DNA from: Takakia lepidozioides
Lineage: Eukaryota > Plantae > Bryophyta
Direction of reading: 5' to 3'
NCBI GenBank assembly: GCA_030704615.1
Contig: CM060731.1
Coordinates: 38,874,001 to 38,938,000, forward strand
DNA length: 64,000 nt
Position 1 is the stretch's first letter, and every line of letters begins with the position of its first letter. The position numbers and the translations under genes were made by a program. Under the pieces are notes generated by a model that did no database searches, had not been told where the DNA came from, and saw nothing but the letters and a program-made list of their open reading frames with translations. Positions 38,680 to 49,768 of this stretch are shown here, in pieces.

Positions 38680-39940
38680 GTCACAGCCGTCACAGCCCCA
38701 CACAGGCCACAACCTGTCACAGCCCTACACAGGTCACAGGGTCACGGCCCCACAAGCCGCAGCCTATCACAGCCCGTCACAGCCCTACACAGGTCAGAGG
38801 GGTCACAGCCCCAAAGGCCACAGCCTGTCATAGCCCCACAAGCCACAGGGCACAGCCTCTCACAGTCCATCACAGTCTGTTACAGCCCTACACAGGTCAC
38901 AGGGGTCACAGCCACAGCCTGTCATAGCCCCACAAGCCACAGGGCACAGCCCGTCATAGTCCATCATAGCTTATCACAGCCCTACACAGGTCACAGGGGT
39001 CACAGGGCACAGGGCAACAGCCTGTCACAACCCCTCACAGCCCGTCACAGCCCCACAGGCCACAGGGCACAGCCTGTCACAGCCCCTCACAGCCCGTCAC
39101 AGCCCTACAGGCCATAGGGCACAGCCTGTCACAGCCCCACACGCCACAGGGCACAGCCTATCACAGCCCGTCACAGCCCTACAGGCCACCGGGCACAGCC
39201 TGTCACAGCCCCTCATAGCCCGTCACAGCCCCACAGGCCATAGGGCACAGCCTGTCACAGCCCCTCACAACCCGTCACAACCCCACGGGCCACTGGGCAC
39301 AGCCTGTCACAGCCCTACACAGGTCACAGGGGTCACAGGGCACAGCCTGTCACAGCCCCACAAGCCACAGGGAACAGCCTGTCACAGCCTGTCACAGCCC
39401 CACAGGCCATAGGGCACAGCCTGTCACAGCCCGTCACAGCCCCACAAGCCACAGGGCACAGCCTGTCACAGCCCCTCACAGCCCGTCACAGCCCCACAGG
39501 CCATAGGGCACAGCCTGTCACAGCCCTCACAGCCCCACAGGCCACAGGGCACCGCCTGTCACAGCCCGTCACAGCCCCACAGACCACCGGGCACAGCCTG
39601 TCACAGCCCCTCACAGCCCCTCACAGCCCCACAGGCCACATGGCACAGCCTATCACAGCTCGTCACAGCCCCTCACAGCCCGTCACAGCCCCACAATGCC
39701 ACTGGGCACAGCCTGTCACAGCCCGCCACAACTTGTCACAACCCCTCACAGCCCGTCACAGCCCGTCCCAGCCCCACAGGCCACAGGCCACAGCGTGTCA
39801 CAGCCCCTCATAGCTCGTCACAGCCCCACAGGCCACAGGGCACAGCCTGTCACAGCCTGTCATAGCCCGTCAGAGCCCCACAGGCCACAGGGCACAGCCT
39901 GTCACAGCCTGTCACAGCCCGTCAGAGCCCCACAGGCCAC
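38680..39940. repeat. ~1.26-kb compound minisatellite (GTCACAGCCY 10-mers interleaved with CACAGGCCACAGGG units)
   Basis: Directly visible; lies in the 5' leader of the MTase retroelement. Confidence 0.97.
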
Positions 39941-40369
39941 TCATGACAGTTTAGCCATTTCTCCAAGGGGTTTAGCCATGCCAAGCTAGGGTTTGTGTCT
40001 CTTGGACTCTAGGCTTCTTTGCACCGAGCTATGGCGGCTGTGAAGAAATCAGCAAGGTATTCTTGCTCTTTCGGCTCCCACACACCACCAGTAGTAGCCT
40101 TAAGCCATGAGGAAGATGGTTGCCACAAACCAAGCCTTCTTTCTCACTTAGACTCCCCAAACACACCATTAAACTCAATGGCAAACAACCAAGCCTTGCT
40201 GGTTTCCAGCCCTTGTGAGCACTCATTCAAGCGTTTCCCTTGGCCATAACATCTGTTTTAGAGCCTATTCCAGCCCCCTACATCTGCCACTTCAAGAGCC
40301 ATGCTCTATCTAGGCTTGAGGTTAAAACCCCAACTAAGAACACGCTCTACAAGTGTCAGACTGTCACAT

Positions 40370-40790
40370 AAGAGCAGATCAGCCCCTTATCTTCTCTTCT
40401 AGTTCTCTAAAGCTTGAAAACAAAAGCCCAATGGACTGAAGGCATGCTCCACACATGCCCCACTCTCACCACAAGAGAATCAGCCCCTTTGCTTCCTTTC
40501 TTACACCCACCAACCTGAAAATACAAGCTTCAGCGGGCTGGAAGCATGCTCCACACATGCCCTACAGGGAAACCAGCCCCTTACTTCCTTTCTTGCACTC
40601 CCAAACCTGAAAGTACAAGCCTTCAACAGGCTGAAAACATGCTCCACACATGCATTGCCCTCACATAAGGGAAGTCAGCCCTTCCCTCTTCCTTGCTTGC
40701 CCTCCAAGCTTGAAGATGGAAGCTTCAATGAGCTGAATACATGCTCCACACATGCAACCTCTTCACACAAGAGGTATCAGCCCCCTATCT
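40370..40790. repeat. Four degenerate ~100-bp tandem units with conserved core CATGCTCCACACATGC
   Basis: Core at 40443, 40545, 40638, 40740. Confidence 0.85.
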
Positions 40791-41454
40791 TGGCTCCTTG
40801 GCTCCTTGATGCTCTCTAAGACAAGACTAAGCACTCCACAGCCTTTGCCAAGCTCCTGAAACTCTAAGGCTTACATTTCCAGCCACAAGACACTTCTCTT
40901 GTGGTGCAAGAGCTCTTCTTCCAAGCTCCAAAACCCTAGGTGCACATTCCATGGCCTTGCCGCACCTCTTAGCTCCTGTTCCAGCCCTGCTCTTGCCATG
41001 ACAAGAGCCCTCTCAATGCTGAAGCTCGAGATTGAAACCCAATCTCACTATACTCCACAAAGTGCACTGATTTGCCCCAAGCCAAATCAGCCCTTTCGCT
41101 TGGTCTTGCAATCCTTCACACAATGAAAGCTCGCATTCCCAAGTCCAATTCTTAGCTTTGCCACCAAAGCCACTATAACCTGCTCTTGACTGGTCCTCTT
41201 CCCAATCGTGCTTGCTCATGCATGTACACAATCTGAAACCATCAAGGTACTCTAGAATTACCTGCAGCATGGTGCTTTCATCTCTGAAGCTGAAGATCGA
41301 ATGCCAAGATCTACCACCTCGTAACCCACATCGCCTCCGCTTCTAACAACCAAGGGCTCCACGGTGCTCCTTGCATAACAACCTGGTTTCTCTCATCCTC
41401 AAGCAAAAACCACAAGTGCTACAACTAACTCGTATCTGGCACTCACAGATACGA

Positions 41455-41469
41455 GCTCATCTTTCTCGA
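41455..41469 (-). promoter_or_regulatory. PBS-position sequence complementary to the element's own LTR (putative self-priming)
   Basis: GCTCATCTTTCTCGA (41455-41469) is the exact reverse complement of 41627-41641; no TGG tRNA-type PBS present. Confidence 0.7.
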
Positions 41470-41470
41470 A

Positions 41471-41787
41471 TGATAAAGAAGAAGAATACAAGCACGAGCA
41501 CACAAATTTGAAGCATAAACTCATGCATTTATAACCTCATCACTCAAATACAAGTCAAGCCAAGTGCACCCCACGCCATGGGGAATCCACACTACGGCGC
41601 CATAGCTAGGTGCGGTGAGGCTCAACTCGAGAAAGATGAGCCTCCCGCGCTTGCCGTGAAGATAACCACTCCAAGGCCTAAATCTACCTTGACCCCTGGA
41701 TTGACACTTGGGCCAATCCCAAATGTCAATATGTAAGAGCTAGCTATTTCCTAGCTAGTTTCACACTAGTGGTAAAATAACTTGACA
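41471..41787 (-). repeat. Terminal repeat B copy 2 (317 bp), 5' end of the MTase retroelement
   Basis: Direct repeat of 29832-30148 with about 9 substitutions, mostly transitions. Confidence 0.95.
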
Positions 41788-41892
41788 GTGGTTTTTGGAG
41801 GAAATTATGATCATGACAAATCTGCTTTCTTTGTACATGTGATGAGTTGAACTATAAACTCCAGGCATTCTAAATTCAACTGTAGGACGTCT

Positions 41893-42624
41893 TGTCGCGC
41901 ACCTCACTTCGGTAAGCTCCCCTTCAAGTCATAGTTACTCGCTTGATGCGCGCGCCTAACTCCCAAACTGGCCGCCGGGCCAACTCGGAGCTTTGGCTGC
42001 TCACCGGGGCATAACGGTCCCCCTTTACTCTTCCACTAGACCCTCTCCCATTTTGGGCCTAGTGGAAATTCCCTTTGGTCGATGGCAGTCCGGAATAGCT
42101 CCCCACACCTTCGTCGCTTTCCGGCTCGCACGTTTACTCACTAGTTTTTGGACACCAACGGGCTTGCACCGTTCTCGGGGTTACTACTCCCTATATATAC
42201 TTCTGTGACTGTCCGCGGGGGTTTCACAAACAACACCACCATTTTATGGCGAACCACCACAAAAACCCTCGATTCCCGGTGATGAGTCGCGGTGAGTCTT
42301 GGCCCACCCACCACGGTCCCCTTGGACCGTGATGAGTCCCAAGACTCCCCACGACTCCCACCACAAGGTCTCCGCCCCCATGGTGAGTCCTATGCCACCC
42401 CCACTAAGTCCCACTAAGTCCCACTAAGCTACCACCACCCCTCGTGGAGCCACCCCCACCGCAACCCGGTGTGCGGGGCTCCACCTAGTGAGTGCCTCCG
42501 CCTCCTCGAGTGCCTTGGGCACTCGAGGTTGCTTCAGCCCCCCCATACCTATTGCTGCCACCGCCCCCACCTCAGGGGCAGCCCCTCTGCGACCCGACCC
42601 TCTGCAAGGCAAAGGGCCGCGACA
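41893..42624 (-). mobile_element. Solo LTR of the same chromovirus family as 9744-16707
   Basis: Reverse complement aligns end to end with LTR 9744-10467; TGTCGC..GCGACA termini; 5-bp TSD CGTCT (41888-41892, 42625-42629). Confidence 0.96.
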
Positions 42625-43169
42625 CGTCTAGTGTAGTCAGTACTTGATTTCCAAACGCTTTACAATTTTCTCTTAAATCCTGAATGAGATATTATGTTGC
42701 CAGAAGCTTACATCAGTCAATCTAAGACTTGACTACATCAAATTTGTCCAAGTATTTTATATCCAAAGATCTTTAGTAGTTTATTTTGATAACTTCATCA
42801 GGTACTTGTGGACAATGTTTTCAGCTCAACGTTGCGATGAAACATGGAAATGCACGTTTCCATCAATGTGCCATGGAGAAGGAGGACACTTACTTTTGGA
42901 AGTTGTATCACGTCTCACACAATTGATCATTCTTGATCCCTCTCCTCCTCTGGATGAGTGATCAGCACATTGGGATGATTGATTTGTAATGCAGAGTCGT
43001 AAAGTCGGGGATTGAGTCATAGATGTGAAGTTCTCCTCAATTGTGCCCACTATGGAGTTCCAATGTCAAAAACCATCAATTGGGATAGTACAAAAATTGA
43101 TACTAGCCTAAACACGAGAGGAATTCATGAAACAAAGAGTTTACAAACAATGGGGTCCAGACAATGGGG

Positions 43170-43612
43170 TCTTGAGTGCTGATGGCCTCACGGTAGCTTG
43201 TACCTTTGGCCCATGTGTGAAGAATTGAAATCTAAGACCAAGTGCAATTTCCTATGTATCCCAATGCGTCTCCTATGTCGATGACCAAGTGCAAACCTCT
43301 AGTGTAGCCTCTGTTGCTGGCCCATGTGTGAAAATTTGAAAGTGCAATTTCCTATATATCCAAGTGCGTCTATTATGTTGAGGCCCATCTAAGCCCAAGT
43401 GCAATCTTGTATGTATTGAAGTGCATCTCCCATATTGTAGAGGCTCAAGTGTCCAATGTCATCTAAGCCCAAGTGCAATCTCCTATGTATCCAAGGGCAT
43501 CTCCCATGTGCGTCTCCTCTGTCGAGGCCCATGCCCAATCATTAATGTTGTCAATTTATTTCTTTTCATGAATTTCCCGTGATCGAAAACACTTGAAATT
43601 CCAAATCTCCCA
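43170..43612 (-). repeat. Modular repeat family (GCACTTGG/ATACATAGGAGA units), copy 1
   Basis: Inverted relative to 44420-44840 and 56860-57720. Confidence 0.8.
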
Positions 43613-43614
43613 CC

Positions 43615-43986
43615 TGCTGGCATCATGTATCCCAACCACTACAACATGGATCACCATACTATAACCATGTACCAAAAATATAAATTTATAAATAACAGCA
43701 GGGGTTTGTGGGTACAATTATAAAAGACATGTAAAAATAACATGAAGTTAACCTTAAAATACCATAATATATAATGTAATTGTAGAAGATATCAACCATT
43801 TAAAATATAACCATACCATTGTACATGATGCCCCAGTATGTTATTTGAGTTTTTGTCATACCATGCCTAGGACCAGGATATCTCCAAATCCGAAATACCC
43901 ATACCTATCCTATAACCTACCCTGGGCAGTCCTAATCTACCCCGGGCCTTACCAGGACCAGTCCAAAATGGACATACCAGTACAAC
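43615..43986 (+). mobile_element. Partial MITE-like element related to 49450-49768
   Basis: Shares TGGCATCATGTATCCCAA..AAAATGGACATACCAGTACAAC with the copy near 49453-49763. Confidence 0.7.
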
Positions 43987-44419
43987 TTTGGTCTAATCCT
44001 CATATGGCTTTTGTTCAAAAGAGTTAATCAAGTGCGATAGAAGTGATTTAAATATTTTAATGATGTCCATCCCAATGACCTTTTTTCTACAAACCTTTGC
44101 AAGGTTGGTTACTTAGAAAAAACGGCACTCCCCCATCTTCTTCACTAATGTGAGTTTCATCACCAGACACTTTTCCAACAATCAGATTACTTCTTTCTTC
44201 ACCACTTCCTCATCACAGTGCAAGATTTTTGGATCAGCATTTAATTTTATAGCTAATTCATGTAATTAAAGGATGTAATTCTATATCCTTTCCACTGGAG
44301 TTTTTCATTGACTAGCAATCTTGTAAATTTTTGAAACATAAAGAATCTCTTAAGCCTGGGTCAAGGCGTGCTCTTGTCTCGTGGGAACAACTATGCCAAC
44401 CAAAAGCCAAAGGAGCCAT

Positions 44420-44840
44420 AAGAGACCCAAGATACCTAGGGGATTGCACTTGGACTTAGATGACACTGGACACTTGGGCCTCTCCATGGGAGATGCACTT
44501 GGATATATAGGAGATTGCTCTAGGGCTTAGGTGGGCCTTGACATAGGAGACACACTTGGATACATAAGAAATTGCACTTGGTCTTAGGTTTCAATTGTTC
44601 ACACACGGGCCAAAGGTACAGGCTACCCTAGGGTAGATGTGGAATTTCAAGTACTTTTGGTTGCCGGAATTTCATGAAAAATAGCAAAGTGGGCTTTCCT
44701 TGAACAATGACCTGGAGATCTCCCAAACTGGAGGGTCTTTGGATACATAGGGGATTGCACTTGAACTTAGATGACACTGGACACTTGGGCCAATGGCACA
44801 GGCTACCCTAGAGGTTGCACTTGGGCCTCGACATAGGAAC
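44420..44840 (+). repeat. Modular repeat family, copy 2
   Basis: For example, 44555-44625 is the reverse complement of 43195-43262. Confidence 0.8.
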
Positions 44841-46148
44841 CATTAATACTCCCTCCCTTTGGCAAATTGTGGTACTCATCAAAGGAAGGTCTAGGGGTCC
44901 TTCACTGCTTTGCATTACGAAATGATTGTACCCACAAGTTTGCAAGAAATGAGTGTGGGGGCCCTATGTTAAGCTTTACTCATGTTGAGACAGCAAGGGC
45001 GTAGAATAGGGAGGATATGGACTTCCATTGCCCATGAGATCTAGGCATAGACCTACATTCTGCATGACTTCAAAGGCAAGATGAAAAGTTGTGGCAATGA
45101 GAAAAAATCATGTCAATGCACTAGGTGAACAAAATCACGTTGTCCTTGCAATATGAGCCATGGGGGAGCAAAGAGAGTTTGGATTGTAATCCACTACCAT
45201 TTTGTAATTTTGCATGGAAGAAATCCCAAACTACGAATATCTCACCCCAGTGATGATCTTGGACTCTTCTGATGAAGAATGCAATGCATGATTTCTAGGT
45301 ATGAATTCGAATAGAATGGGATTGGAGGAAGACACGCAAGTCGAGCATGCTCGTATGCTAACTAAAGCAGATGTTGCTACTCGGGTGGAGGCTCCACCCA
45401 ACGATGCCATTGAAGACAATCATATGTCTGAAGGGGATGAGTATGTCGCACCACCAACAAAGGAGGATGTTGATGAGGACGACGAGGCAGAACCTCAAAA
45501 AATAGACGGTATTTGAAGACAATGATGTTGTTGGTTGGGAGGAGGAGTACGATGTGCCTAACATCGACCCCAAACATGTCAAATTCCAAGAGGCTCTGAG
45601 AAAGTTCATGCATCATGAGCCCAATCCACTTTGGTAAGTAAAACATTCCAGTAGTAGATCACCATCCCTACTCAAATAAAAGAACAAATTAAAAATATCT
45701 AGTTACTCCAATGCACCGTTTGATTTCAAGGACCTGATCTGTCCCTTTGCACAACATAAATAATGTACAAGGGAGATAGACATACAATTACTTTGCAAAG
45801 TTCCAGTCAAATTTTCAACCGAATGCAAAATTGTTGGTACATGAACATTTTGTAGAAAATAAATGTAAAATATCAGAAAACAAATTGATAAGAAAATTTT
45901 CCTCATAATATTCAAGCTATTCCATCATCACAATAGACATTATATATTTGTAATGATTAACCACACAAACACATAATCCCTATGTTCGATCTCTTCTATA
46001 CATCACGATTTGTGTGAAAGCGAGTAAAATTTTTCACTCATCCGTACAGGGTATGAATGCAAATATATGATGTTCAGACAACTACACAAGTCTTGATATG
46101 CCTGTATAAATTTAGATCCACATAATCTTGTTGGAGTGGCAATGGCAC

Positions 46149-46607
46149 CTACGAGACAAAGACCGCAGGGCCAGTTTGCCAAAGTATTGTTGTTTGGTCT
46201 GCTATATCGAAGGCTGCAATAACAACGTTGCCATCGTCTTGTAGTGTGAGTGTGGAGCTTAGCACACTCAAATCAATTTTCGGCAAACCATTGTTCCATA
46301 AGCTGTTGCCTGATCCGTCTATGACCTCCATGTATGAACTACGATGGACTTTTAGGTAGCAGTTGACACCTTGTCCCCATGTTCCAGTGCTCCACCCCGG
46401 GTAGACGTCCTGGTTCAACACCAAATTGCAGTCGTCTTGCATTACAAAGGCATAAACTCCATTGCTACTTTGGAGATAGTCTCCACCATTCAATTGCATG
46501 GTACTAGTTATGCTGCTCCCGAGGGTATCTGCAGACGATATAATTGCCAATGAAGCCAATGCCACTAATAGTATAATTCTAGATTTACTCATACCCACAC
46601 CACCCAT
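46149..46607 (-). CDS. Secreted GNA-related (bulb-type) lectin, single exon, 152 aa
   Basis: Hydrophobic signal peptide, LNGGDYLQSSNGVYAFVMQDDCNLVL, WSTGT, C..C pair, LTLQDDGNVVI (QxDxNxVxY-like sites). Confidence 0.92.
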   Translation of the reverse strand: MGGVGMSKSRIILLVALASLAIISSADTLGSSITSTMQLNGGDYLQSSNGVYAFVMQDDCNLVLNQDVYPGWSTGTWGQGVNCYLKVHRSSYMEVIDGSGNSLWNNGLPKIDLSVLSSTLTLQDDGNVVIAAFDIADQTTILWQTGPAVFVS

Positions 46608-47067
46608 TTTGCTTGTCTATGATATGTTGCAATTGTGGATGGATGTCTTCTCCTATATTTGTAACAATCTAGGACTTGCTCCAACAATCTGTGATTGGGT
46701 GGATAAATATTACTGAGTTGTATGTGTGTTGAACTTATAGTTGGGAAGCATTGTGGTGTGTGTAAGAGGGCGACACCCTCATGGGGATCTTTTGATTTAT
46801 TGGGCCGTGCGGGCGACACCCTCAAGGGGATCTTTCGATTTGTTTTGGCAGTGGCGCAGGTGACACTCTCAAAGAGTTTATTGAGTCATGCAGTAGGCCC
46901 AACCAAAAGATGATGTCAAAGGCAAGGTTTTGAAGCTGGGAGATTTTTTTTAATTTATTGAGCCATGGGTAGAGCCTGACCAAAAGATGATGTACTCAAA
47001 GTAGGTTTTGAAGCTTGGTGGGCCTTTCTATGTGCAACCCTCCCAAAACCCTATCTTGGGTAACGCC

Positions 47068-48264
47068 TAGTGTTGTACGGATATACGATTTACCTTGATA
47101 TACTCGCCAGATATACTATCCGGGCAACCGGATTTGTACTTACTCAGACCCGGCGCATATAACACCCAGCTATTACCTCACCCTTAAAGGGACATGAAAG
47201 ACCGGATGATGTAGTTCATAGATTTACCCTACGCTATGGCGGGTATAAACCAGTGAACCGGCGGGTCCCGTTCCGGATATATACCCATGCACTGGAGGTT
47301 CTAAAAAACTTTAATAACCTGTAGTGCAAGGAGCCGGCGGGGCCCACATGCTCTCATAACCGCCTGGCTTTGGATCCGGCGAGGCATAAAATATATATTT
47401 TTCTAACCTGACCTGTGTGGGTTGAGATGAGATCCCCGGTTGATACTTGCTGGTAACCAGCGGTTACTTGATCTAGGTTTAGCCAGCCTCTCCTGTTTAC
47501 TCTCTGATTCTTGGTACAATGATAAGGAAGAGGTCTTGAATAACATTATAAATTGTGTTGGAATAAATATAGAAGTGCTATAGTTCACCAAAGTGCCTGA
47601 GCGTTAAGGCCTTCTAACCATAATTGTTTCAAGAACAGGCAATTCTATCCCGGTTATATAAGATTTATAATATATCCGAACCAGATTGGCTAACCGGCTT
47701 ATGAAAGTAGCCAATAACCGATGTGTATCAGAACTGGAAGACATGAAATGATACTTAATAACCGGATCCGGTGGTTCTCGAAAATCTTCAAAAAGTAAAT
47801 AACCTGAACAGGAGGTTCCTAGAAGACCGTCATAAAGAGAGAACCTGAACCGGGGGTTATCAAAAATATTACATAACCGCCCAACACTGGTATAAACTAA
47901 CATGAGGGTATGTTTATCTCATATGCATGGGGACGTGGGAAATTTATGACTACATAGCACCATGGTTGTGCATTTAGGGCCAAAATCTGCTATATTCCCA
48001 TAATGAATGTGTCATTTACTCAAGGACATTATACATGATATATAGTTTTATTCATACTCTAGCCGATTTATACATATCCACCATACAAAAATCCAAAGGT
48101 AGATATATTTGAATATACCCCTACAAGTTGAAAGAAGAGATATTTACCATATCTCGATATATTTAAATTAGCAAATTACCCTGATTCGGAGGGTATATAT
48201 TTTTACCATGATATATTACCCAGACCGGAGGGTATGTCTAAGACTATATATGAGCGCAACACTA
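47068..48264. mobile_element. Non-autonomous hAT-like element
   Basis: TIR TAGTGTTG..CAACACTA, flanks GTAACGCC / GTAACGAT (6 of 8 match), many ACCGG/CCGGT subterminal motifs. Confidence 0.7.
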
Positions 48265-48409
48265 GTAACGATCTCCGGTTTTCTCATGAAAAATGTGTCA
48301 ATTGTTTTAGAGGTTTGACTTGTTTTATAGGGCCCACCCCCGAAAAGGAGCAGTAGCCGTGAGGCGACTCTTAGTTACGGTTTTGGCCGGAGTCCTCTCT
48401 CTCTCTCTT

Positions 48410-48866
48410 AGAGGTTGGATACTGTGTGAGCATGCTCATGAGCACAAGCGAATATTAAGGATATTCCCTAGATACCTTTTGAATATTCTCCAGCGAAACT
48501 AAAATTGAGAAACTAAAAACTTTGCGAAACTTTTTTTAACTACTCACATAGGCCCTTATAGCATCACTTAAGAAACAAGTAACACCTATACACGATAAAC
48601 ATGTTACCCTACAGGCGTGGAGTTTCCTCATGTTATGCAAACCGGATACAACAGAAAACCCCAGAAAAACAAAAATCATGGTTTTCAGTCCGGGTATCGG
48701 CAGTTTAAGCCATAGAAAAGTTATTTTCACACTGAGAAAATAAATCTGAAGGTACTCATATGCACCGTGCCTATTAACATGTAATTCCTATGACCGCGGT
48801 TTGAAAACATTTAACCCCTATGACCACGGGTTGTGCTCACGCTGTGCTCACAGGATACCAACCCCC
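48410..48866. mobile_element. MITE with GTGAGC/GCTCAC subterminal motifs (family shared with 63165-63768)
   Basis: Imperfect TIRs AGAGGTTGGATACTGTGTGAGC / GCTCACAGGATACCAACCCCC; no clear TSD. Confidence 0.55.
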
Positions 48867-49172
48867 GTTGGATAGAATGTGTGCATGCTCACACCTCACA
48901 TATATTCTGGCAAAATTCGACTCATATGACTAATAACTTGTGAAACTTTTCAATTAAATGTCTAGTCACTAGTTAGGGTTGACGTAAATATTCCAAAATA
49001 GTCAAAGAATAATGACACAAAGACGTGTAGTCATGACGTGATGCTGATGTGTTTAATCTCAGCTAGAGAGTCATTTTGTCCAACCTTGTCATCGCAACCC
49101 ATGTACTTTTGCAATTTTGACGAAACTGATAAAGTTTTGTTGGCCAATGGGGTATGTGCACTGGTATGAGTA

Positions 49173-49768
49173 AGGGTATTGTAGAACATACCAGTTGGGT
49201 ATGTCTTGGGGCATATACACCGGCTATACCCTAGACCCCGGGTTTTGAACATTGGACTTACCCCCTTACCTACCGTACCAGTCTAAGTATGAACTATTTT
49301 GACTCGTATTGAGGATTGATGAACCCAAGCTAGCATGGGTATGTGTAATGATACAATTTTTTTGTGCTTATCCTCGAATCACATTTGTGCAATGTAAAAA
49401 ATAGCACTATATCTTCGGGCTCCCAGCGGCTGGCATCATTGATTTGAGCCGTTGGCATCATGTATCCCAACGACTACAACATGGATCGCCATATTATAAC
49501 CATATACCAAAAATATAAATTTATAAATAATAGCAAGGGTTTGTGGGTACAATTATAAACGACATGTAAAAGTAACATGAAGTTAACCCAGTATGTCATT
49601 TGAGTTTTTGTCATACCCATGCTTGGACCAGGGTATCTCAAATTTCCAAATACCCATACGCATCCTATAACCTACCCTGGGCAGTCCTAATCTACCCCGG
49701 GGCCTACCAGTTGGACCTACCAGGACCAGTCGGGTATGCCAAAATGGACATACCAGTACAACACCGGA
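49173..49768 (+). mobile_element. MITE-like element, second copy of the 43615-43986 family
   Basis: ~310 bp shared with 43615-43986; ends GTACAACAC; left end approximate. Confidence 0.55.

Larger units (their letters stand above)
29643..41787 (-). mobile_element. Ty3/gypsy-type (non-chromovirus-like) retrotransposon encoding a C5 DNA methyltransferase and PHD-finger integrase, with split terminal repeats
   Basis: Ends TGTC..GACA, 4-bp TSD GTGG (29639-29642, 41788-41791). Repeats A 29643-29830 / 30151-30338 and B 29832-30148 / 41471-41787. Domain order Gag-PR-MTase-RT-RH-IN-PHD. Confidence 0.92.

Noticed and set aside
38575-39989. ORFs across the minisatellite
   Set aside because: Open only because the repeat lacks stops; low-complexity translation, antisense to the element.
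29832-41787. Conventional element bounded only by the two 317-bp B repeats
   Set aside because: Flanks CACAA and GTGGT do not match and no PPT adjoins B; the TSD and PPT fit only when repeat A is included.
44900-45640. Acidic ORF fragments, possibly a transposase remnant
   Set aside because: No catalytic or Zn-finger motif identifiable; family cannot be supported.
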